In this document: piece after piece, positions 25,566 through 37,569 of the stretch | How positions within the stretch are numbered: the first letter of the stretch is position 1 | Layout of the letters: each line of letters begins with the position of its first letter | Source of the DNA: Takakia lepidozioides | Lineage: Eukaryota > Plantae > Bryophyta | NCBI GenBank assembly: GCA_030704615.1 | Contig: CM060732.1 | Span: 61,008,001 to 61,072,000, forward strand | DNA: 64,000 nucleotides | Direction of reading: 5' to 3' | Program-made: the position numbers and the translations under genes | The notes under the pieces: model-generated | The model's input: the letters and a program-made list of their open reading frames with translations, nothing else | Databases searched by the model: none | What the model was told of the DNA's origin: nothing

Positions 25566-26119
25566 AAAAATTGAAGTCAATATATTATATTGAAGTTGGA
25601 TGTTTGTTTAGCTACCAAGAATGATGTGTTATTTTTTCCAATACACCCTTATAATATGATTTAAAGGGCCTCCGTCCCCTTTCGATTATTTTTTTTTTAA
25701 ATTTAAATGTGGGAAGTTGGGTAGCGCACATGAGCACGCTCACCTGAGCACAATGGCATATTCCCCGAATTTCTAGGAAATTTCCGCGAAATTTCCATAG
25801 CAAAATGAACTTGGCGAAATTTTACATTATGCGAAACTAACACATAAAGAACAAGTAGCCCCTATACCTAATGAACATCTTACCCTATAGGCATGGCTTT
25901 TCCTCCATACAGACATGAGAGTGCGGTGAGACTTCACCTCAAATTGCAGGTCCTCGCCCATAACTAATTTGTCATAGGGAAACTCTATACCAAATAGCCA
26001 AAGAGGAAAACACACTGAAGGATAATTTCGCGCGGCAAAACTCTGTACCAACTTGCGTGAATTGGATGTGGGGTTGTTGGGCAATGGGATTTCATATAGA
26101 AAGTTTCGACTCAAGCTAT

Positions 26120-26420
26120 ACCAGTAAGGGTTTCTCAATGCGAAACCCACCACTGCATAGGTTTGTGCCCGTATCACCAAGTCTTTCTCAAACACCAGTA
26201 ATGGTTTCTCAATGTGAAACCCACCGTTGTATAGGTTTGTGCCCTATCACCAAGTCTTTCTCAAACACCAGTAAAGGTTTCTCAATGCGAAACCCACCGC
26301 TACATAAGTTTGTGTCCATATCACCAAGTCTTTCTCAAATACCAGTAAGGGTTTCTCAATGCGAAACGCACTGCTGCATAGGTTTGTGCCCATATCACCG
26401 AGTATTTCTCAATGCGAAAC
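26120..26420. repeat. 73-74-bp tandem repeat, ~4 units, each with a GGGTTTC...GAAACCC hairpin
   Basis: Unit starts (accagta) at 26120, 26194, 26267 and 26341. Confidence 0.9.
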
Positions 26421-26899
26421 TCGTCGGCCGCTATAAATTTAGGGTTTCTGGCTACACTACTGAGATTTTCGCCTCGCCGAATTGGTGCAGACATACCATA
26501 TATATGCACCGGTCCTCTATACCCGCTTATGGATTTTTTCTGTTTTGGAAACATATAACTCATATGACCGAGGTTAAGAAAACATAAAACTCCCATGACC
26601 GTGGGTTGTTCTCATGCGCGCGTGAGCAGGCTCACACAATACCAACCCCCGAATGTGTGGTACATGAATGAACTAAAGTTTAAAGAATATTGTAAACATG
26701 AATAAAATGAGCAACAATGTAATGTTGGAATTTGGTGAAAGAGTTAGAAGTTTATATTAATACTTCTATACAATCATATATTGAAAAAACCAAATTTTTT
26801 TTCCTGAATTTATTGAGTAGTAATATATCCAATCATTATTCATATATCTCATGTCGAGGCTCCAATCATTGTCCTAGGAAAAGCCCACTTATCAAGGCA

Positions 26900-28460
26900 T
26901 AGTCTCTGGCGGGGCATGTACATAGGAGCAGCCATGATGGTATAGTGTGGTCTGATGGCCGGCCTTGGTAGGTGCCGGCGTTAATAAATGAGAACCATCT
27001 GGTTTCAGCACGGCTCATAACGAGTTTATGGATGGGCCAAACCGCATGGTTGTGACAAGTGATATGGAGGCCATGAATGATTGGATGGGTACATTGGCTA
27101 AGGAGATGTGGCCAAGTGTCGCATTCGTGGTGGGTATTTAAGCATAGTGGGCAGTATGGGGATGGGTGAAGACGTGGCCAGAAGATGTGTTTACGCTGGC
27201 GGCCCATGTATTGGGCGTACCTAAATTTGAGTGTTTGTCGGATTTGTGCATCGGTAGTGGCTTTGGTGTGCCAAAAGTGGTTTGATAGCTTATGATGGAT
27301 AACTGTGGACTGGGTCTATTTCTGAATGTGGACTTTGGTATGGCTAATAGTGGTTTGTTTGCTTCGTGGATGAGAGTGGTCATAAGATTACGGATTGGTT
27401 TGGGTGCGGGCTGAGGTCTAGGACTGGGTGTATGAACCAAAAGAGATGGGTATGAGCGATGTGAATAGGGTCATCTGTAGGGTCCACTGGGGGTTTAGAG
27501 GCGTCTATCTGAGCAAGTAGATCCGCAACCTCATTACCTATACTGATTGTGTGCAAACGAACTTTGAGGAGGTTGATAGGGTGGCTTTTGGAAATAGCGA
27601 GGTTGCGGTCTGGGTGGTGATGGTGGAAGGAGGGGCGGGATATTTGGTTTCGGATAAGAAAGAGTGAGGTAAGGTTATTTGTGAAGATGTAGTATGGAAG
27701 AGGGAAGGTATCTAGCGGGGAGAGTGCTTCGAAGATGGCCATAAGTTCAGCTTGTAATATGGTGGTAGGGCTAGGAAGTCTAAGGGCAGTGCCCTGGTTA
27801 GTGGTGGCGTGGTATACTCCGTAGCCAACATTTGGTTTGGTGAGGGATCCGTCAGTATAATGGGAGTTAGATGTGGGGTATCTAAGGGGGATAGTTTGTC
27901 GGTATAGTGAGGGAATAGGGGGTGTGGATATTGGTGCGGTTTGGGGGGGGGAGGCGGGGCGGCAGCGCCTTTCCCCAAGCTTTGTCTGGTTTAATTTTGG
28001 GAAATGAAATGGTTGGTATAGAGTCATAGGAGGTGATGAATGAACAATGGGTGTTTGGGTGGGGGGTGATAGCCTTCATTTTGTGCGTCAAGGTTAGCAG
28101 TTGTTTTAAGTGCTCAGAAAAGGTATTGGTATATAATATATTGATGGGGGAGGAGTGTTGGACATGCAAAATTAGGGTTAGGGTGGGGTCCCTTAGTCTA
28201 AGGTATTTGGGAAGGGGTGGGGTATGCACATATTTAAGCTGATTGGGTTCGATTGTGGCTAGTAAATTAACCCTTGTCAGGAGGCGTAGGAGGAGGGTGG
28301 GGATCATTGGGTGATTGTTGTTGGGTGAGTATGAGTATTGTGAGGGCGTGGGGGGAGGAATGAGCAACGAAGCGTGCCCATAGGAGAGCTTCATGAGTGG
28401 GGTGCCGGAGGGAGGGTGAGCAAGGCCTCTGCCAACTGGTGTGGTGAGTGGCAGTACCCG
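26900..28460 (-). mobile_element. Dualen/RandI-like LINE fragment (end of MTase-like domain, RNase H, Cys/His region)
   Basis: RNase H motifs YTDGS, ILQAELMAIFEAL, YYIFTN, KVRLH and GNEVADLLA, then LKFRYAQYMG, CPLC..DTWPHLLSQC..HNHAV. Frameshifted; homologous to 42725-45340. Confidence 0.85.
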
Positions 28461-28758
28461 TGGCTCCGAAGATACAATCCCTGATTTTTTATTAAACCAC
28501 AAGAGTTCCCATTCCAATAGAGGGTGGTTAGACTAGAGGGACGCTCCTCCCCGGCCTTAAATGCTACCGTGCAATGGATGCAAAATAATAATAAACCAAA
28601 GAAGATTAATCAACATTGCCCAAGTTTGTTCCATAATTTATAAAATTATGTACAATGAGATGAACATTCCTATAACAAATATCGCAAAAAAATCAGAGTT
28701 ATCTTATATTTCTTGCAATCAATATATTGATGTGGTGACAATGGGAAGCTAATCAAAG

Positions 28759-31700
28759 TTAACAACGTTGTGAGACTGTAACACAAAGACCATATTTCAT
28801 AGGCAGCGTGAAGGTAGTACGATATGTAACTACATGCCCAGGCACCAATTGGAAGGTGAAGAAGTGTAGCAGCAAGGCGGCAGTCAGCTTTAATTGCAAC
28901 ATGGCAGAATCCTTTCCCAAACACGCCTTCACCCCCCCCTGCATCCATTCCGCCGGACGACGCGCCTCAAGACATAACCCAAGTCACACAAGCCTCTACC
29001 TTCCCCCGAGTTTTTTTTCCTTTAATGAGGACCCATCTTAGACACAGCAAAGTCACAAAATGAATTTTAAACCGAGTGCCTGCAACAACAACCTTAGGCT
29101 TGGATATTGAGTACCAACCAGTCAGAATTGGAGAACTCCAATCATATGTGAAAAATAGAGATCTCCAAGATATGCATATCCCATTGTGTATCCACGTAAG
29201 TATAGAATTCTGCATATCGAGCTAAATTTATATAATTACTCACTTAATTGACAACCACAGTTATTATTAGTAGGGTCAAGATCCCTTCTTACACGCTTCA
29301 CATCTATATATTTTTTGGAAGATGTGAAGAAAGTATTAAATTGTCACACTCATGACCCATCATGACCCTCTCATTCCCTCACCATCCTATACATAGATGA
29401 GAGGGAAGTTATCTTACTTGAAAGGAGGTAAACTTGAAAGGAGATTGTTTTTGGACAAAACCATCTTTCAACCACCGATCTGGCTTGAATTCCTTTGCAT
29501 CCGGGCCCCACAAGGATGTCATGCGCCCCATCGAATATGTTACATATTGAAGAATGTCCCCCTTCTTCACTTTGTGTCCATCAGGCAGTACATCGTCCTC
29601 TAGTGCATATTGTCCACTCTGTCCAACACTCATATTCACTTTGTGCATTTTACTATGAAATCCTCTAAAAACATGTACTACATTTTGATTTTGCAGTTAT
29701 AGCAATTGTGCTTGAAAATCACAAATGGAGAAAAAAAAAATATTAAACTAAATAAGTTTCTAGAACAAATTCAGGACTCACCAAACATCTCAAGGGGCTT
29801 CAATAACTTCATTTTAAATCACTATTTTGTCTGCTAGCTGACGACCTATCTATCCGTCCCTCCCCGTCTCGAGCAGATGTCTCATGTTTTAATGAGTTGG
29901 ACATGATGTGAACTCGCACATTCACGTCAATCATTAGAAATTGAAAAGAAAATTAAGAAAAGAAAGGGAAGAAGAAGACTCCTTACGCTGGTTTATAAGA
30001 ATGGATACCTTAGGCACCGGTGGGTAGAGACGAAGCGTTTCAGAGATTGCAGCATGGAGATAATGCATCTTGTTGAGGGACTCAAATGTCAAGCTCTCAG
30101 CAAAATCTTTGTAACTTACGACCTGGTTCCCAAGAGTTGTAGCTATCTCATCACAAATCTTGTCCACAACATTTGGATTGAGGCATGTACAGTAAATGAA
30201 CCAAGTCAAAGCAACACCAGTGGTTTCGTGCCCCGCAATAATGAAGTTTAGGATAGCATCTCGCAAGTCTTGATCGGTGTAGTTGTCTTCTTCCCCTGCT
30301 TTAAAGCTCATGAACCTCGAGAGCAGATCCTCTTGTTCCTGAACCCAGCTCTCGCGTTTGCATGTCACTCCATTTTACTGCTTCTTACTAAAAAATTGTC
30401 AGTTATAAATTATAAACCCTTTGATCAATGAAATTTTACAACTTGTTATATGACCGTTTAATGATTTCCCTATTGAAAAATTTTAGACAAGATTATAACC
30501 TCTATTTTTATAAAGGGTTGATTAATAAATGAACTAACTAGGATTTTGTATATAATCTAATATTAATATATTATCTATAAAGGGTTGAATCATAAAAACC
30601 AATGCAATGTGAAATTGGATATCCCACCAAACAATATACAACCAACATTTAGCCCAGTGGTAAAGGCACAAGATGGAATTATAGGTTCAAACCATATGTT
30701 GGATGTTATAAAGGTATCCACCTTCGCATCAAAAGGTAGTAAACTTCCTTCGGGGTCAAGTGACACCATAAGTTACGCTTGTTTCGACAACGCGTTCACA
30801 TTTTACATTGTTGTTAGTATATCGTACCTGCCCACAACTATTAGTTCGGGCCCTGCCGAATTAATTAATTTTCCTTGAAGAAGGGGTCCAGTAGATGTTT
30901 TGGAACCTTTGCATTAAATAATGATAAATAATAATAATAATTACATCTCATTGTGTACATGGCTAGTGCAAGCAGCAATAGTAGCACGTGAAGATTTGTT
31001 AGAGCAGGTCTCGGGGTCAACTATGTGTGATATCCAGCATTGGAAGAACTTTAGTTAATTTTTTCTGACGGTTCGTTTTTGGATTTAATTATCATCAGAC
31101 ATAAAAGGCAGATATGATATATATAATTTTTTTATCATGAGAATTACAACTAATATGGATACCTGCTCGAGTATTGACAATAGCACTATGAAATCTTGGC
31201 TCTATTCCCAATGCACAACACATACATTTTAAATATATCAATCATCAAGCAAAAATCTCCCCAAGAGCATGGGCATGGATGCTGCGATGGAGTTTTCAAG
31301 TGCGAGAAGTCTAAAACGGTGCTAAGTCATGTCAAATATAAAGGTGAACATATTGAAATTTTGTCATATATATGGAACATACAAAAACCCACAACTTCTA
31401 AAATTCCAAATTTAACACTTGATCCATTAATCCATGTCATGGATTGGGAATTGAAGACAAGTTTGCTTACATGCGGTTTACCGAGGTTGTGGGCTGACTG
31501 AATGTCGGCTCTCCGCTTTTGAATGACTTGGAATGTAAATGCATCCAAGTCTTTCATCACCTTTTTGAGCTCTCGTTCTTGACCAATGTTTAAGGCTCGT
31601 GCAATCTTCCACCAACCTTTCTGGTTGCGCGAAAATGTCAACTCGCTGGCCCGATTGAAATTCTTTGCGAAAGGAATATCAGGCATTGCTAGACAACAAC

Positions 31701-32879
31701 AGCCTAGATCTACCCCAAATCCCACTTTGCAGATGGAGTCCAACGTCATGCGCATTGCTAGATCCTGCACATGCATGCCCAATTTATGCCCCACCAGAGT
31801 TACCCCCAATCAATATATTACTATGTATTAGTACAAATCATTTCTTGTCTATCGAAGGTAATTTGTTGGAGTCTTTGAGGTCCAAAAAACCACATCCATG
31901 TGAGTATTGTACAAGGTTTATCGAAAATAGGCCAAGAAGCAAAAACAAATATGCTAAGTAAACCTTGGAGCATTCGAAATTATCGTACAAATAAAACTCA
32001 CGAGCATACATGTTGGACACAAAAATAGTTTGAAATTTCTCATCAATTAATGAATGATTTTGATTCATGATGTTGGTTATTTGGAGAGCAATGTATACCT
32101 GAAACTCCACATGATCACTAGAGGACATGGCCTTATCAAGGATGGAGATCATATTAAGAGCACCAATTCGGAATGCACAGGTGCTGTAGTCTCGCAGTTT
32201 ACGTGAGGAAAACTCAAGGCTGGCAAGTTTACGGTGGCGGCGCCAGATATCCCCGGCAGAATTAAAGATGCCATCCCCCAAAAAGTCATGCATCCGCTCA
32301 CGTAAATCTCCCGCCTGCCCTAAGTATAATTCTCACAAATTAGTTGCACAGCTATGTACATACAATAATGGATATCGAGCCTTACAACGTTAGATATAAA
32401 TTATTTTAACTGACAACCTCATGAACGGAAGAGAATGTACTCATAAGACCTTGTTTGTCATGAAATGGAAGAGAGAGAGGGCCTGATTGACGGCATTACA
32501 TGAAAGATTACTTACAATACAGGTGAACATGATTGAATACCTTTGCAAAATTTTGATGGTTGATTTTGAGCATGTACTCTATGTTAGAGGGATCGACAGT
32601 GCTATTGATGGCAGCCGCTTTACCAAAGAGCGAGTACTTGTATGTTGTAGTGCCGTCCTTGAAATAGTCATACATCCAGTCATGCAGACACGTAATATTA
32701 CGCCCGATCTCCAACGTTGAGCCTAGGATGGGCCAAGATTTGGGCCCTTTCATTCCCTTTTGCATTATCCAATAGACATACAACCATCCTGCCACTATGG
32801 CGAGTCCCACCACCCAGCTGTTGGAATGGGAAGAGAGAGCCATGTGAGTAGCTAAATTCTCTAAGAATGACAGATCCAT
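28759..32879 (-). CDS. Cytochrome P450, CYP86 clan (CYP704-like); exons 32879-32541, 32314-32099, 31764-31471, 30338-30009, 29618-29418, 28938-28759 (~519 aa)
   Basis: TM anchor plus GPKSWP, FLGDGIFN, RMTLDSICKVGFG, DLLSRF, I-helix AGHETT, ETLRLYPPVP, DDVLPDG, FKPDRW and heme motif FQGGVKACLG. All introns are phase-0 GT-AG and there are no internal stops. Confidence 0.92.
30638..30780 (+). mobile_element. SINE family B in P450 intron 3
   Basis: acaacc..tagcccagtggt, ggttcaaacc and ggggtcaagtgacaccataagttacgc are shared with the other two copies. Confidence 0.65.
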
Positions 32880-33649
32880 ACTTGCTTGAAGTTTATTTGC
32901 TCACTAGACAACTACCCTGACTTTCAGCAAGGTTTACTTTACGGCGAAGAAAGGCTCCTCGTCTTTAGGCATCGACAGAATGCAAGCGCGAGTACCCGCG
33001 AGTATCAAACTCAATAAGATCGCTTTGGGACCTCCAATTAGTCCAAAAGTACTTGTAATATCCCTTCAAGAGACTTGCAATGTTTTGAGCAGCCTAATCT
33101 TGACTCTTTGCTAACAAAGACTCCCAGCTACACTGGTGTGAATTCTGGAACGGCGGGGTGGGCTTTTGAGCTCTTGCAATCATCGATGGACAACAAAATT
33201 TCGAGATATGCAATCCAAAAAGTTTCAAATTATAGCTATAAGATGTATATCCATGTTTTGTCGCATAATTTATTTTAGTATGCAAGTAATTGTGCAATTC
33301 AATGAGGTACGTTTAAGTACTATATGTGTTGGGTATATTCATTTTGCGTGGGGGGTACGGTGGATTCATAGTAGCGAATATTAGGTATCAAAAATCCGCC
33401 GCATCAATGACAAAATTGACTCTAAAAACAAAATCTAACCACGCACTAACAAGAACCTTCCATAAATAATGAAGAAATAATTTAATGTGTATTATTGTAA
33501 TATGTATAGTCCGCGTCAAATGACGTTGCGACAATGTCATAATTTGATGCATAATTTGATTGGAGAGTAACGGAACCATGACAATATGTATTCCATGAAT
33601 ATATATAATATCCTATCCATCTTTGGCAAACGTGGCCTGCAAATTTCCT

Positions 33650-34460
33650 ACATCCCGGTTATTATGACGATTGGCTCCTTGGTCCCCTGCCCACGCCAAG
33701 GCCTCACAGGCCTTGCAACACACTTGTCAGGTGCCTTGCATCACACTTGTGTGGCCCGTCCCACTCCATGCACTCGCCAAGCTCGCCAAAACTCCAGCTC
33801 ACCAACTCCTTGAATTTGATCGCAAGTGGCCCCTCCATCCGGTGTAATGCATATGCCAAAATGTTTTTCTTGTCAATTTTAAAATTACTCAATCCAAACA
33901 TGTTGGTGTACTCTTCGCAAAGTTGTTCATGTCATTTTTCACAGATTGCATAAAATCCAAACAAATATTTTCACCTTACTAAGTTAAAGGTTGTTACTAT
34001 TTCATGTGATGGGTATTTGCCAAAAGGATTTTCAAATTGCATAAATTTCAAACTTAAGTAGTTTTACCTTATGGAAGTTCTGACTATCATGTTTGATGGG
34101 TATGAACTACGAACCGGAGGGTTGTTCTTGTCAATTCTAAAGTTGCTCAAACGTCCAAACTTGTTAAACATATTGGTGTATCCTCCAGAAGGTTATTTTT
34201 GTCATTTTTCAAATTGCCTAAACTCCAGACAAGTAGTTTGTATGTTGGATGGGTACCAGCAGGGAGGTTGATCCAGTCCTTTTTGGATTGGAAAAAGTTC
34301 AAATATATATTTTAGTCCGAATGTGTAGGCCCGTCAAGGCGGTGGCAAGCGTGAATGTTGGCGAGGGCTAGTAGTAGGGTACCCCCTACACTTGTGCCCA
34401 GGCATGTGAGGCCTTGGGCAGGGGGTAAATAATGAGCCACCCGTTGTTAAGATGGGGCTA
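33650..34460. mobile_element. Non-autonomous element with long imperfect TIRs (MULE/MITE-like)
   Basis: cccctgccc..caaggcctcaca.gcct at ~33685 is inverted at ~34400-34430. The AT-rich interior has an internal duplication. Confidence 0.4.
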
Positions 34461-34744
34461 ACTGAGAATCCATGGGCTTGTGGGGGACATCATTTGCCCC
34501 TCTCTCCCAATAAGAGAACTCTTTTTATGTGAAAGGTTTTAATAGTTATACTAAGTAGCCTAGTCAAAAATACCTTATGAGGGTAGCAATAATTAGTTAG
34601 CGATTGGTAAAACTAGACAGAGCCAATGGGGGGCTTGCAATGGAGGTATTTTTTTGGGGCTAAGTTAATGGACAAGTGTCAAGTGGTGGGAAACAAGAAA
34701 AGAAAAAAATGGTGGGAGTAGGGGTATCTTTGGGGGGTTGGGGT

Positions 34745-36020
34745 AGGGCAGCCTTCTAGAAGATTTGACAAGGTCGGCAGGCCGCCCTGAGAGGGTATAT
34801 AAAAAGGGGAGGGCTCTCCTCCAGCCTAGTACAGTAACTATTTTAGTGTGTGCAAGACCCAAAGAATGCAAACATGACATGACCATAACTAAATTAACTT
34901 ATAAAAAACCACGTTAAGTAGAGCATGACAAAATTAAGCCCCCCAAGTTTGTGTGGGCCGTGTCCATTAGAGGATGGTCTAGGAATAAAAAAAAGGGGAG
35001 ATATGTAGTACGCTACACAAGGATTTGAAGAAATAACCGTTGTGTAAGCGGGTCCAAAAAAAAGACGGTAGGAAGGTGACAACTATTAAATGGAAGATGG
35101 TTCAGGCGCCAAATTGGGGTAACTATAGTACAGTTGTTTAAGTGGTGGTGTCTAGGGACAGCCTTCTAGAAAGGTCCACGGGTGCGGGGCACCACCTTGA
35201 ATAAAGGGTATATAAAGGAGAAGACCGCCCTCCTCGCCTGCCTCTTGAGTCTTACTACCTACTTACTAAGTTAGTACCTACTTTAGTGGGCTATGCACAC
35301 GGGGTCCCCCAAAAGGCAACATGAACCATATCTATATTAACTAATAGAGCAGCTTATTCAGACATTGACCCCATTCTGCTATATATGGGGCTTATTCAGC
35401 TCAGCTGTTCTATTAATTAATATAACTATGGTCCAAGTTTACGTCTTTTTTTTTTGGGGCCCTGCATGTGCACAACCCACTAAAGTAGGTACTAACTTAG
35501 TAAGTAAGTTGTAAGAGGTAGGGGAGGAGAGCACTCTCTCCTTTATATACCCTCTCAAGGCGGCGGCCCCGACTTCCATCAAGCGGTGGGGGGACCTTTC
35601 TAGAAGGTTGCCCAACACATGTCACCCCTAGTATAGAAACCACCACTTGACACATGTACTCTGTTTACCCCAATTTGGCGCTTGAACCATCCTCCATTTA
35701 ATAGATGTCGCTTGAACCTTCATCTACTTAATAGTTGTTGCCTTCCAGCTACCATTTTTTTTTGGACCTTGAAAGTTTCAAAGGGGTTATTTATTTAAAT
35801 CCTTGTGTAACTTATTATATATACCCCCTTTTTAGATCATATACCATCCTCTAATGGACAGGGCCCACACAAACTTGGGGGGCTTATTGACACATAAGAG
35901 AATAGCAACCCGTAGTAGAGCCCACCAAAGGGAGGCGGAAGAAACCTTGTAAAATGTGTACCCCTTACCCTCTTTATATACTGCCTTAAGGCGGCGGTGG
36001 AGCCTTCTAGAAGGAGGCCA
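34745..36020. repeat. ~1.3-kb imperfect palindrome (foldback)
   Basis: Arms ~34745-35355 and ~35400-36020 are reverse complements, e.g. cttactaagttagtacctactttagtggg / cccactaaagtaggtactaacttagtaag and cccccaagtttgtgtgggcc / ggcccacacaaacttggggg. Confidence 0.85.
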
Positions 36021-36149
36021 CCGCGTCATCCCCACCACCTCATCCTGCTTTTGGAAAGCTCTAGAAGTAGAAGGAGGGCCCACCCTCCTACTTCTATGCT
36101 AGCCTAGGCGTACATGTGTTTACGAGGTTGAGCCATTTCTTTCATCTCC

Positions 36150-36505
36150 AAGTCTCCCACGATCCCACGCGCATGGCCCTTTGTCTTGGTCAATTACAAT
36201 CTGCCTCCATCGTTAATGACCAAGAAGTTCTTTGTCATGTTAGCACTACTGATTCTTGGAAATGAGTCTGTTACCTCTAAGAACTTAGATGTTTACTTGA
36301 TGACCCCTAGTGGAAGAGCTACTGGAACTATGGTCTGGGATTGTAGCTCATGATGGTTCCCGTCCTTGTGGTCAACGCGAATTCACATTGAGGGCAGTGT
36401 TGATGTGGTCAATCCATGACTACCCTGCATATGGCTTGCTCTCAGGTCAAGTGATGAAAGGTTGTGCTGGTTGTCCAGCTTGTGGACCCGAGGTGACTTC
36501 ACAGC
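36150..36505 (+). mobile_element. CACTA/En-Spm transposase fragment (Transposase_21-type)
   Basis: WPFVLVNYNLPP, LDVYL..LVEELLELW, FTLRAVLMWSIHDYPAYGLLSG..KG..CPAC. Confidence 0.85.
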
Positions 36506-36657
36506 AGTTACATACATGTGCCAGCATCTCTGAACTTCAAAATAACTTTAATCTTCCCATCATCTCCATCCATAAATGCGTCAAAGCCATACACATCACG
36601 GCCCTCACTGCTATCATCATCAACAAAAGACAGCTCGAATCAAACCCTGCTCTTGCC

Positions 36658-36896
36658 TCCTAGATACATATATATGGATACCCGGCAGGCACCCATGGGT
36701 TGCCCCCCTGGGGCCCCCCTTGGGTACGACACGGTACCGTCTCTACCGGATACCACCCCCTCCTAGACTGGTTACCTAGTGTCCCCTGGACACCGGTTAT
36801 TTTTACATAGGGCCCACCCCTGAAAAAGGGGCAGTAGCCGCAAGGCGAAGTGGCTCTTAGTTATGCCAGCCTCGGCCGGAGTCTTCTCTCTCTCTC
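36658..36896 (+). mobile_element. Small non-autonomous element with a double-hairpin terminus
   Basis: The last ~75 bp (ggggcagtagccgc..gtggctcttagttatgccagcctcggccggagtcttctctctct) recur inverted at 58542-58615. Confidence 0.55.
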
Positions 36897-36949
36897 GCAT
36901 TCTTCATTGAGTCTCATGTAAAGTGAGAGTCTGCATAGGATGTCGTTTG

Positions 36950-37568
36950 GAATGTGGAGTTTGTAGATAGGGAGTGTGTGACAGTATGGCTGAACGATGC
37001 ATCGTGTCTTCAAATGCGATGATTGCAGGATAGCATGGTGATCATATCGCAGGCGAGAACTGCATCTACTTGAAGGAATTCGGAACACTACCTTCATGGG
37101 CATGTATGGAAGCATCGACGATGCGAATTGGAAAGGAGAGTTTGATAGTATGGACAAAGGTTATCTGGTGTCAGATTGGTAAGTTATAATCGAAACTCTT
37201 AAATATATGCTGCCAAGTCTACATCTCTTCCATTAGTAGTTATAACCAATCACCATCATGAAGCTACAGACCCGATGCGAAATCCCAATCGGAACCTGCA
37301 TCTTCCTCCCCATTTTTGTCTTTATTTCACTGTCAATCTCTTCATTCTATCTGGAAGGTTCCAGAGGGAACTTCACATTTCCCCTCATGTTCTTGATTTT
37401 GGGAATTCTTTTTTAATGCAATGCTGTTAGGATATGGCCAGCATTGTCGACATCACAGGTTGGCCGGTCAAATAATGGAAGATATTACAAAGGAAAGGTT
37501 GAAGCTGGCCGCCAGTATATGTGTTCTCTCTGCGAATTGCCAAACTGGCTTATTTGATTAAGGAAGAA
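36950..37568 (+). pseudogene. Highly degraded PPR fragments
   Basis: gacagtatggctgaacga, gcgatgattgcaggata, aatgcaatgctgttaggatatggccagcat and tatatgtgttctctctgc match motifs of the 23340-24740 PPR. Confidence 0.6.
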
Positions 37569-37569
37569 G

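Noticed and set aside
26057-26587. 176-aa repeat protein
   Set aside because: It is a translation of the 74-bp tandem repeat.
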